IMG/VR virus record: IMGVR_UViG_3300028610_002615
DNA: 64,000 nucleotides
Reading direction: 5' to 3' (one strand)
Source: an uncultured virus (IMG/VR IMGVR_UViG_3300028610_002615)
Taxonomy: Duplodnaviria; Heunggongvirae; Uroviricota; Caudoviricetes
Part shown: positions 49,639 through 57,600 of the stretch, piece after piece
Numbering within the stretch: the stretch's first letter is position 1
Layout: the number at the start of each line of letters is the position of its first letter
Made by a program: the position numbers and the translations under genes
The notes under the pieces: model-generated
What the model saw: only the letters and a program-made list of their open reading frames with translations
Database searches by the model: none
What the model was told of the DNA's origin: nothing

Positions 49639-50162
49639 TTTGAATATCCCTCAAATAGAAAATATTTATGATCATACTCCCAAAGGTTTCCTTGATCAGG
49701 ATAAACCTTTTCTAATAACTCTCTTTTCTCATCTGGTTTTGGAACCTCGTGAATATATGGAGCATTCATATTGGTTGAATAGAATACAACATCAAAACCA
49801 TTTCTTGCTAACTGTTCACCCATAAATCCCCATGCACGATGAGCTGGATGTAATTCATAAATTGGATCTGGAAATAAATATTTATTTGCTTGATTTAGAA
49901 ATGGTTGTGGTACTGTCATTTGAAACAATTGTAATTTACAGCTAACGTGTTCTTTGAGTTTTAATGCAGAGTTTTTTCTGTCTGTATCTAGATCGCCAGA
50001 ATAAATTATGATTGGTCTAACACCTGGTTTCGTTAAGTATTTATATGCCCCAATTATTTCATCATCTGGATGGGGTGCCACAATTATAAGTTCTGTTGCA
50101 GGTTCTTTCTCCTGTTCATTCTTGTCTACTACTGTATATTCAGCATCAATAATCTCTGTCAT
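49626..50162 (-). CDS. PIG-L/LmbE family de-N-acetylase
   Basis: APHPDDE and HPAH motifs. Confidence 0.8.
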   Translation of the reverse strand: MTEIIDAEYTVVDKNEQEKEPATELIIVAPHPDDEIIGAYKYLTKPGVRPIIIYSGDLDTDRKNSALKLKEHVSCKLQLFQMTVPQPFLNQANKYLFPDPIYELHPAHRAWGFMGEQLARNGFDVVFYSTNMNAPYIHEVPKPDEKRELLEKVYPDQGNLWEYDHKYFLFEGYSKWIF

Positions 50163-50245
50163 TCTGATCTCCTTTCATTTTGTTATATGTTCCTATTTGA
50201 AGTAATTTTTTCTTAATTATATGTTCTAAATAAGTAATTGATTAT

Positions 50246-50259
50246 CTATATATATTAAT
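50246..50259 (+). promoter_or_regulatory. Promoter motif CTATATATATTAAT
   Basis: Exact copy at the strand switch before the tRNA region. Confidence 0.65.
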
Positions 50260-50443
50260 AAGTAATAGAGAAATTGAAGGTTACATTTCTCGAAGGTTGG
50301 GTGTGACAAATTTAACATATTTTTATTCATTCTCCAAATAACTAGTTAAACCACACACCAGTCCTTTCTATGTAGTTTGTTTCTTATATTTTCAAGATTT
50401 TTTTATTAGAACATAATTTAAGACTAAACGTTAGGAGAATGAA

Positions 50444-50992
50444 ATGACCGAAAAAGGAATGATGATTGTCGAAGGGATGAAAACTCTGAGAATCGTTGAA
50501 AAAAAGATGAGCACGAATACCTCTGATATTCAGCGATATTCATCTCAGGTTTCAACCGAACGTCCGCTGTTTGAGACAGAGGACAAACAGAAACAAGCTA
50601 TTAAGGAATTGATCCAGTCAAATGTGGATTTGATGCTTAGGTATCTGAACCTCAAGACTCGGGTCGAGTTCACAAATCTAATGACCACGGTGGAATTGGA
50701 TGGTGAAAAGCATACCATCTCAGAGCTGCTGGTCATACAGAGGAAACTTGCTGCTATGATGTTTGCAACTTATAACGCTTTAAACGACACGGAGGGAAAA
50801 TCGCGACTGAGGTCTTCATATCAGACGCCAGTCCAAACCGGTGGGGAACAACCACATGTTGTCAGGTTTTATAAGGAAGAGGACAAACGAGAGCAAAGTC
50901 GCAAATGGCAAGACCTCATGAACAATATCACAATACGACTTGAGGTCATAAATGCCACGACGCCACTTCTCGACCTCCCCTCCCAGTCGTAG
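50444..50992 (+). CDS. DIP1984-like coiled-coil protein
   Basis: LK.RV..TN..T.V..DG...TISELL..RKL ... LE..NATT pattern. Confidence 0.55.
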   Translation: MTEKGMMIVEGMKTLRIVEKKMSTNTSDIQRYSSQVSTERPLFETEDKQKQAIKELIQSNVDLMLRYLNLKTRVEFTNLMTTVELDGEKHTISELLVIQRKLAAMMFATYNALNDTEGKSRLRSSYQTPVQTGGEQPHVVRFYKEEDKREQSRKWQDLMNNITIRLEVINATTPLLDLPSQS

Positions 50993-51000
50993 AAAATTCG

Positions 51001-51297
51001 AGATTCGGTAACGAAAAAATAGACAAACTGTAAGCCTTCGTATATTGGGTTAAATATGCAAAAAAATATTCCTTAACAGGGAATGGCCTATAAAGCCATT
51101 ACATGACAAAGCTATCAAGACTCAAGATTTAAGCGTCAAGATTAACTCGCCTACCCATGTGAGAAAAAATATAATGGGCATTAAAGAGTCAAGAGCTAAG
51201 ACTAAAGACAGGGGTTCAGGGAAACCGACTGGAGAAATCTAGACTCAAGTGGGGCAGCTTACAGGCAATCAACCACTTCTAGCTGTTATACGGATCT
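51001..51297 (+). ncRNA. Putative ~300-nt structured ncRNA with heptamer repeats
   Basis: Nested long-range pairings 51001-12/51285-97 and 51028-35/51257-64, several internal hairpins, no ORF. Confidence 0.65.
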
Positions 51298-51312
51298 TAT
51301 TTTTTAATTTAT

Positions 51313-51391
51313 CGGTGAGTAGAGGAGTCTGGTTTTTCTCACGTGGTTTGGGTCCACGGGCACGTCAGTTCGAATCTGACCTCACCGACCA
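51313..51391 (+). tRNA. tRNA-Pro(TGG)
   Basis: CGGTGAG/CTCACCG acceptor, CGTGG-TTTGGGT-CCACG, TTCGAAT, CCA. Confidence 0.9.
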
Positions 51392-51439
51392 ACTTTAATT
51401 TGTAAAATATGAAAAATGCTAAAAGGAGAATTGTGAATC

Positions 51440-51709
51440 ATGGTAACATTGTCATTACTCGGTAAAAAACATCGTCGAACATTTGAATCTATTGTTGCAC
51501 CCTTGAAAACCATTGAATCTGATCTATCTTCTTATATAGGAGAACAAGAGGACAAAGTTCTTTCTCTGAATGAAGACAGGAAAAAAATAGATGATGATAT
51601 TCAGGAAGCAACCGTAGAGAAAGCTAAATCAATACACACAGTTAACAAAATTGCTCAGCTATTGGGCAGTGATTTTCAAGAAACAGTTGCCGAAGATGCC
51701 AAAGATTAA
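51440..51709 (+). CDS. Small coiled-coil protein
   Basis: 89 aa, AAGGAG SD. Confidence 0.6.
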   Translation: MVTLSLLGKKHRRTFESIVAPLKTIESDLSSYIGEQEDKVLSLNEDRKKIDDDIQEATVEKAKSIHTVNKIAQLLGSDFQETVAEDAKD

Positions 51710-51714
51710 TAAAC

Positions 51715-52206
51715 ATGAAATGTGAATACGGTTGTGGCCAAGAAGCAAAAGTATTTTTTAAAACTGTAAAAAAATGGTGCTGTTCACAATTTGCAACACA
51801 ATGTTCAGTTGTTATAAAAAGAAGTAAAGAAGGTTTATCAAAATCATATACAACTGGGAAAAGAAAAGTAATAATTCCTGATCAGACAATAGAAAATGGA
51901 ATTAGAAAATGCACAATAACTTTAAGAAAAAATCTTCAAGAAAAATATAGTAACCTATTATTTGAAGATAAACCTCATGTTGAAAGGCGAAGAATTTTAA
52001 ATGAGGAGCAAAAGAACATTTGTGCTATATGTGGAATAGAACCCATATGGAATGACAAACCTTTAAAGCTCCATTACGATCATGTAAATGGAGATAGAAA
52101 AAATAATAAAAGAGAAAATAGTAGATTAATTTGCCCAAATTGTCATTCACAAACTGATACTTATTGCAGATCGATTAAAAAAGTGCCACTGTGGCGTAAT
52201 TGGTAG
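51715..52206 (+). CDS. HNH endonuclease
   Basis: CAICG...LHYDHVNGD..NN..EN.R.ICPNCHSQT; 3' end overlaps tRNA-Leu. Confidence 0.85.
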   Translation: MKCEYGCGQEAKVFFKTVKKWCCSQFATQCSVVIKRSKEGLSKSYTTGKRKVIIPDQTIENGIRKCTITLRKNLQEKYSNLLFEDKPHVERRRILNEEQKNICAICGIEPIWNDKPLKLHYDHVNGDRKNNKRENSRLICPNCHSQTDTYCRSIKKVPLWRNW

Positions 52207-52270
52207 GCGCGCAAGATTTAGGATCTTGTGTCCATAGGGCGTGGGGGTTCGATTCCCTTCAGTGGCACCA
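52185..52270 (+). tRNA. tRNA-Leu(TAG)
   Basis: GCCACTG/CAGTGGC, CAAGA-TTTAGGA-TCTTG, long V arm, CCA. Confidence 0.9.
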
Positions 52271-52285
52271 TTCTAAAGGTGAATC

Positions 52286-52720
52286 ATGAGCGAAAAATTT
52301 TATGAGTATTATTTCCCGTGTGTTGAATGTATTGTAAGGCCGATATGCAAAGATAAAGAACGAATGATGGAGCAAATTAAAGTTAGAGGAGATGTTCCAT
52401 CATTAGGCGTACCAATATGGAATTGGGAAGAAAAGTCTTATCATAAGGGTCTACTTGAGTGTATAATTAATATCTTAAAAAGAGTTACGGATAAAATTTC
52501 ACGAACAGAACCTGAAAATAGGACCAACAGAGAACAGGATAAAATTCCTATGGAATACGTCCATACTCTTATTGATTTGGCAGATGTAATGTGTCATATG
52601 ATTCATTCAACCAGTTGGGACATAGGAACTCTTAAAGAATTTGACAGATTAGAATTATATAATCGACTTGATAAACTCAAGCGTTGGTTATGTTACAAAA
52701 CAGAACATAAAGTTAATTAG
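52286..52720 (+). CDS. PCxxC-family hypothetical protein
   Basis: FPCVECIVRPIC. Confidence 0.65.
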   Translation: MSEKFYEYYFPCVECIVRPICKDKERMMEQIKVRGDVPSLGVPIWNWEEKSYHKGLLECIINILKRVTDKISRTEPENRTNREQDKIPMEYVHTLIDLADVMCHMIHSTSWDIGTLKEFDRLELYNRLDKLKRWLCYKTEHKVN

Positions 52721-52805
52721 CCACCGTCGCTTAGTGGTTGATAGCACCGGATTTGTAATCCGGCGGTGTAAGCCCACGCAGGTTCGAATCCTGCCGGTGG
52801 CTCCA
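52720..52805 (+). tRNA. tRNA-Thr(TGT) with long variable arm
   Basis: GCCACCG/CGGTGGC, CCGGA-TTTGTAA-TCCGG, 14-nt variable region, CCA. Confidence 0.85.
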
Positions 52806-52832
52806 CTCTCTTAGTCAGAAAGGAATTATCAT

Positions 52833-53396
52833 ATGAATCCAGGTGACAATCACAAAAAATTAACAATCGCTCTCTTTGGAACATGTGATAACATTCCATG
52901 GAGAGAAGAGAAATTCATTCCAGTTTATGAAGAAAAAGGAATTGCATGGTACAATCCAGCCCTTGAAAACTGGGATGAATTACTCGAATTAAGCAGACAA
53001 GGCAAATGTGCCAATCCAACTGAGGAAGAAAATTACTATCTCAACAATGCAGAGATCATTGTCTTCCCTATATTAAAAGATTCTTTAGGTCAAGGTAGTC
53101 TTGCTGAAATGGGATTTAGCGTTCAGCGTGTTATTCGCAATATTATGAACGGAAAACAACAATTCCTTGTTACGCTAATTGATGATAAGTGTGAAGATAT
53201 GAGGAAAACTCCAGAAGAACGAATGGATTCAGAAAGAAATCGAGTTCTGGTAAAATCAAAACTGATTGAAAATGTTTCTTATCCTATTATCACACTTGTT
53301 GAAGACCTTAATCAGATGTTAGACATGAGTTTAACTATATATGACATTTTGAAAAAAGAAGGATGTCGAACCGAAGACCAGAAGAAATCAGCGTAA
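52833..53396 (+). CDS. Nucleoside 2-deoxyribosyltransferase-like protein
   Basis: LFGTC...WRE, YNP...W, EE..L..AE...F, GSLAEMG. Confidence 0.65.
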   Translation: MNPGDNHKKLTIALFGTCDNIPWREEKFIPVYEEKGIAWYNPALENWDELLELSRQGKCANPTEEENYYLNNAEIIVFPILKDSLGQGSLAEMGFSVQRVIRNIMNGKQQFLVTLIDDKCEDMRKTPEERMDSERNRVLVKSKLIENVSYPIITLVEDLNQMLDMSLTIYDILKKEGCRTEDQKKSA

Positions 53397-53403
53397 CGTA
53401 TTG

Positions 53404-53481
53404 GCCCCCGTAGCTCAGCGGAATTAGAGCATAGCACTTCTAATGCTAGGGTCGCTGGTTCGAATCCAGTCGGGGGTTCCA
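53404..53481 (+). tRNA. tRNA-Arg(TCT)
   Basis: TAGCA-CTTCTAA-TGCTA, TTCGAAT, CCA. Confidence 0.9.
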
Positions 53482-53502
53482 TATCTTGACTGAAAGGATG
53501 CC

Positions 53503-53736
53503 ATGATAAAAACATTCTTTAAGGATTTATTAATACAATTATATTTGACGTTATCTACTCCGGATCCATGCAAAAGATGTGTGGTCAGAGCATGTTGTTC
53601 TGAAGAATGTAACCAAAGAGCGAACTATAATATCTTATATGGCCCAAACCCGTATACTCAAAAATTCTGTGCTGTTAGTGTCATCTTTGGTATGATAACA
53701 TTCATCTTTGGTGTGGTAACATTCATCTTTAAATAG
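53503..53736 (+). CDS. PCxxC-family membrane protein
   Basis: DPCKRCVVRACC, C-terminal TM. Confidence 0.6.
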   Translation: MIKTFFKDLLIQLYLTLSTPDPCKRCVVRACCSEECNQRANYNILYGPNPYTQKFCAVSVIFGMITFIFGVVTFIFK

Positions 53737-53816
53737 ACCCGTGGTGAAGTCTGGCTCAACACGCAGGGCCTTGGACCCTGTATTTATCCTTGGTTCGAAT
53801 CCAAGCGGGTCTTCCA
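53735..53816 (+). tRNA. tRNA-Gln(TTG), atypical
   Basis: AGACCCG/CGGGTCT, CAGGG-CCTTGGA-CCCTG (C33), CCA. Confidence 0.75.
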
Positions 53817-53832
53817 AATTAGGAAGGTAACA

Positions 53833-54027
53833 ATGGCATTAGGAATTGGTTCAACAATGAAAGAAGATCTCAAAAGAGATCGAGACAGACTCAACGATGA
53901 TTCAATGGCAATCAGTTCAACAATGAAAGAAGATCTCAAAAGAGACCGAGACACACTCGAAGACTCTTCTCTTGCTGTCGGATCTGCTATGAAGGAAGAT
54001 CTAAAAAAAGATCTTGAAAGGGGATGA
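53833..54027 (+). CDS. Small protein of three 22-aa tandem repeats
   Basis: S(T/A)MKEDLK(R/K)D x3; 66-nt DNA repeat. Confidence 0.65.
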   Translation: MALGIGSTMKEDLKRDRDRLNDDSMAISSTMKEDLKRDRDTLEDSSLAVGSAMKEDLKKDLERG

Positions 54028-54262
54028 AATGATATCTCTTCTATTCGGCGTTGGTTATGGCGAAGTAGTTTGGTGGCTTATTAAAGAAGAAAAAAATACA
54101 CTTTCCAGCGCCAAATCTTGGGGTTGGGGTATGATCATATTTAATTTCATGGTGGCGATGGTTGAAGGATCGTTAGTTAACTTGGAGATAAGTATTATCA
54201 TCTTGATTTACGTGTTGGTTATCTTTAATCTGAGGTCAAATGATGGAAAATCAAAAACATAA
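54014..54262 (+). CDS. Small membrane protein
   Basis: Hydrophobic; start probably ATG 54029. Confidence 0.5.
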   Translation: MKGDEMISLLFGVGYGEVVWWLIKEEKNTLSSAKSWGWGMIIFNFMVAMVEGSLVNLEISIIILIYVLVIFNLRSNDGKSKT

Positions 54263-54422
54263 TATTAACTGGAGCCCGAGTATCTCAGTTCCAATAACTC
54301 TATTTAAAACTATACCCATATGTATTACAATAATTATTATTCTAATTCTCGGAGAGCCAGATCTAATTGATGGAACTATAAAGGTTTTGGAAGCTTTAGC
54401 CGAATTTCTTAAATGTAAATAA
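54240..54422 (+). CDS. Small membrane protein
   Basis: TM helix followed by GEPDLID. Confidence 0.55.
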   Translation: MMENQKHNINWSPSISVPITLFKTIPICITIIIILILGEPDLIDGTIKVLEALAEFLKCK

Positions 54423-54423
54423 T

Positions 54424-54513
54424 GGCCCGGTGTTGGAATATGGTAGACATCACAGACTTAAAATCTGTGGCCCCTTAGTGGGCGTGTGGGTTCGATGCCC
54501 TCCCGGGCTACCA
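54424..54513 (+). tRNA. tRNA-Leu(TAA)
   Basis: ACAGA-CTTAAAA-TCTGT, long V arm, CCA. Confidence 0.9.
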
Positions 54514-54536
54514 AACTATAATGAAAGGATGATGTT

Positions 54537-55211
54537 ATGTTAACCCAAGAAAAACTTGCGGAAGGAATCAAGATCATCGCTAAAGACTCTTTGGAGGATG
54601 AGAATGAGGCAATAAAAAAATTTCAAGAATACTTCAAAGACAACTTTTGGCCACCAACAATGAGCAAAACGAAAACTCTTAAAGGTTTGCAGATGTTAAT
54701 GGATGAAGAATTACCCACACCCGATCCCGGAGAAGCAATGGTCGATATGATGGCGATGCAAACTAGGAAGCCGCTCAAGATTTCTAAGAGGAGGAAAGGT
54801 CTTTTGAAAAAGCTTAAGAAGCTTATTGAAGATTCAAAAGATAACGACTGTTCACATCCACATGAAGATCTGGGGATTGCAGCATTCATGCACGGAGGTG
54901 GGTTTACTCCAAATATTGGCGTCCCTGAGTTAATTTGTAAAACATGTGGACTGAATATTTCATTGTTCCGTGGTATCGTTCCGAAGAAATACGGGATCAA
55001 AATTTCAAAAACAAATCTCAAAAAATTAAGTGAGTGGGCAAATCATTGTCTTAACAATCAGAACTATGAGGATAAAAGTACTCATGTCCTGAGTGCAAAC
55101 GATATTACCAAAAACCCACTCATGGCATACAAGAACACAGTGAAATGGGAAAAAGAAGTTCCGGTTGAAATTGTCAACCCGGGTAAAGCAACACTTAATA
55201 CGGGTGTTTAA
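54537..55211 (+). CDS. Hypothetical protein
   Basis: 224 aa, CxH...CxxC. Confidence 0.7.
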   Translation: MLTQEKLAEGIKIIAKDSLEDENEAIKKFQEYFKDNFWPPTMSKTKTLKGLQMLMDEELPTPDPGEAMVDMMAMQTRKPLKISKRRKGLLKKLKKLIEDSKDNDCSHPHEDLGIAAFMHGGGFTPNIGVPELICKTCGLNISLFRGIVPKKYGIKISKTNLKKLSEWANHCLNNQNYEDKSTHVLSANDITKNPLMAYKNTVKWEKEVPVEIVNPGKATLNTGV

Positions 55212-55253
55212 CCCAAAACAGATCCTTAGGATCACTCTTGAAAGGAGCGAAAT

Positions 55254-55739
55254 ATGAAAGTAGCAAAACAATTACTGGTATTGATGATGGCAATAGGACT
55301 TTTATCCGGATGTGGTACCTATTACGGAGCCGCTGGAGGAAAACTGGTTGATGCGGTTCTCATCGAAGATCCCGAAGTCGAAGTTGTCAAAGCAGATCCC
55401 ATAATAACAGTCAAAATCAAAGATAAAGTCCTCTTTGACTTCGATTCTTACAAACTGGATGCCAAAGCGCAGGGAGTAGTTCAGGTAGTTGCCGGCTTGA
55501 TGAAAAGATATCCAGGCACATTACTGGCCTTGGAAGGTCACACCGACAAGTATGGATCAAATGTATACAATGACCAATTATCAATGAATCGCGCTGAAGC
55601 TGTTAAATCTGCCCTGATCAATGAGGGTGTTACTAAAGATCGTATTGATGCAGTTGGTTTCGGAAAAACACAATTCATTCCGGATCTGACCAACCGGCAA
55701 AATCGTCGTGTTATTATTCTATCCATCGGCGATGAGTAA
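55254..55739 (+). CDS. OmpA-family peptidoglycan-binding lipoprotein
   Basis: Lipobox LSGC; VLFDFDS, EGHTD..G...YN..LS..RA..V, GFG, NRRV. Confidence 0.9.
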   Translation: MKVAKQLLVLMMAIGLLSGCGTYYGAAGGKLVDAVLIEDPEVEVVKADPIITVKIKDKVLFDFDSYKLDAKAQGVVQVVAGLMKRYPGTLLALEGHTDKYGSNVYNDQLSMNRAEAVKSALINEGVTKDRIDAVGFGKTQFIPDLTNRQNRRVIILSIGDE

Positions 55740-55746
55740 AATTTGA

Positions 55747-55832
55747 TGCGGTGTCGAGAAGCCTGGACCATCTCGCTGGGCTCATAACCCAGTGGTCATT
55801 TGACCCCGGGGGTTCGAATCCCCCCACCGCTA
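55747..55832 (+). tRNA. Initiator-type tRNA-Met(CAT) with long variable arm
   Basis: 1:72 T-T mismatch, CTGGG-CTCATAA-CCCAG (three G-C pairs), GGTC-ATTT-GACC V-arm; CCA not adjacent. Confidence 0.8.
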
Positions 55833-55880
55833 CTTTGACCCCGCTACCATAGAACAAAATATAAAAAGGAGTAATCTTTT

Positions 55881-56492
55881 ATGCTTTGTTCCTATGGTTG
55901 CGGGGCTCCTTCTTTATTTAAATTGAAAAATGGTAAAGAATGCTGCTCTGAAAGTTATAATTCATGCCCAGTTAATAGATCAAAAAATTCATTGGCTAGT
56001 CTTGGACATGAAGATAGAAATCCAACACATAAAGAAAATATAAAAAGCGTTCATTGTCAATACTGCAATGGTCTTTATGGTAGTGCAGGATTAAAATCTC
56101 ATAAACTTTATTGTTATTTAAATCCAATAAATAAAAGAGACTGCCCAGTTTGTAATCAGGCAATAAAAAATTATAACCAAAATAAAACCTGTTCTCGAAA
56201 ATGTGGTGCAGTTTTAAGCGCTCAAACTGTTGCTTCTGGAGAAGCAAAAGTAAATTATAGATTTATTTGTTTTAAACATCATGGACATAAATGTCTCGTT
56301 TGTGATGAAGATTTATTTATAGTTGCTCATCATGTGAATGGGGATAGGACAAACAACGAACCATCAAATCTATTACCATTTTGCCATACACATCATTTAT
56401 ATATTCATCATAAAGAATATATGTATATCCTAAAAGAATGTGTAGATGAATATTTAATGAACTATAATGGGGGAGGCAGTCGAGACAATTGA
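55881..56492 (+). CDS. HNH endonuclease with Zn-finger repeats
   Basis: CLVCD...HHVNGDRTNN..SNL...C..HH. Confidence 0.85.
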   Translation: MLCSYGCGAPSLFKLKNGKECCSESYNSCPVNRSKNSLASLGHEDRNPTHKENIKSVHCQYCNGLYGSAGLKSHKLYCYLNPINKRDCPVCNQAIKNYNQNKTCSRKCGAVLSAQTVASGEAKVNYRFICFKHHGHKCLVCDEDLFIVAHHVNGDRTNNEPSNLLPFCHTHHLYIHHKEYMYILKECVDEYLMNYNGGGSRDN

Positions 56493-56560
56493 GCTTTACT
56501 GAGCTAACTGCAGGGCTCAGTATCCTCTACGGTATCCTCCCCCCATTACTTTACCACTGT

Positions 56561-56637
56561 GGCGACGTAGCTCAGTCTGGTAGAGTAGCAGTCTCATACG
56601 CTGCGAGTCGTGGGTTCGAATCCCATCGTCGTCACCA
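56561..56637 (+). tRNA. tRNA-Met/Ile2(CAT)
   Basis: GGCGACG/CGTCGTC, GCAGT-CTCATAC-GCTGC, CCA. Confidence 0.85.
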
Positions 56638-56665
56638 ATTAATTTTTTTTGAGAAAGGAATACTA

Positions 56666-56932
56666 ATGAAATACTATCACTACATCCCATTTGCTTTCAC
56701 ATACTGTTTAGTTAAGATGCTTGAATTTTGTTCAGATGACCCAGATCCAAAAGTAAGATGGAAAGTATATTTCTCAAATGGTTGCACGAAAGAAAATTTT
56801 TGCCGCTTTATAGACGATATGAAAAATAATGATCTACACACATATTCGATAATGATCGCTGGTCCAAATATAGTAGGCTGTACATTGATATTAATCATAT
56901 TAACCATATTGTTCATAGGCATTTTTAAATAA
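56666..56932 (+). CDS. Small membrane protein
   Basis: ATG 56666 after GAAAGGA; C-terminal TM. Confidence 0.55.
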   Translation: MKYYHYIPFAFTYCLVKMLEFCSDDPDPKVRWKVYFSNGCTKENFCRFIDDMKNNDLHTYSIMIAGPNIVGCTLILIILTILFIGIFK

Positions 56933-56962
56933 TCAGTTTAATCTTTTAATGAAAGGAAGATC

Positions 56963-57256
56963 ATGAAAAATATCTTTATGAAAATATGTGCTTTTTTCCT
57001 TAGAAGACTAGCAATCATATATAATAACTATGATGTGATGAAAGAACCCAAAAGATTTTATGTAGCAATGGGTTTTGGAATGGGCCCATTTCTTTTGCTT
57101 GAACTTCTTGCAGTAATTACAAACAATAAAGGATTTGAAATTTCTGCATGGGTATGGATCTTATTAATGATCGGCTTGAGATTCTGGTGGGTAAAAGGAC
57201 AATTATATCTTTGGCTACCAGGAACACATGAACATCATTACTTGCATTTTAAATAA
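56963..57256 (+). CDS. Small membrane protein
   Basis: Two TM segments, GAAAGGA SD. Confidence 0.6.
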   Translation: MKNIFMKICAFFLRRLAIIYNNYDVMKEPKRFYVAMGFGMGPFLLLELLAVITNNKGFEISAWVWILLMIGLRFWWVKGQLYLWLPGTHEHHYLHFK

Positions 57257-57262
57257 TAATTT

Positions 57263-57352
57263 GGTGGGATAACCATAATTTGGTACTGGAGCTGGTTGCT
57301 ACCCAGTTCAGGTTCATAGCCTGTGCAGGTTCAAGTCCTGTTCCCACCGCCA
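57263..57352 (+). tRNA. tRNA-Ser(GCT)
   Basis: GGTGGGA/TCCCACC, GCTGG-TTGCTAC-CCAGT, long V arm, G73 CCA. Confidence 0.85.
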
Positions 57353-57372
57353 TACTTTTGAAAGGATTAATC

Positions 57373-57552
57373 ATGAGTAAAAAATGTTCTTCTTGCGGAG
57401 AAGGAAGTGAAAAACTTTATATGCACTCAAGATGCCACATCGAAGAACCAACATGGGCAATCTTGGACGAGGAAAAAAATGAGCTTGAAATTATTTGTGC
57501 TAAATGTAGACAATCAATTACAACATTTAAAATTTTGAGGGTTGTAAAATGA
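57373..57552 (+). CDS. Small Cys-rich protein
   Basis: ATG 57373 after GAAAGGA; CSSC..HSRCH..CAKC. Confidence 0.55.
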   Translation: MSKKCSSCGEGSEKLYMHSRCHIEEPTWAILDEEKNELEIICAKCRQSITTFKILRVVK

Positions 57553-57600
57553 AGAAGCTCTTAATGAAGGAAAGCAATTGATGAGAAAGAAAGGAAAATC

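Noticed and set aside
1922..50205. Numerous 60-180 aa antisense ORFs inside long genes
   Set aside because: Fully nested opposite recognisable genes, with no SD or motifs
52720..52805. tRNA-Tyr call because of long V arm and GTA in the loop
   Set aside because: The 7-nt loop TTTGTAA centres on TGT (Thr); a proper tRNA-Tyr is at 63552
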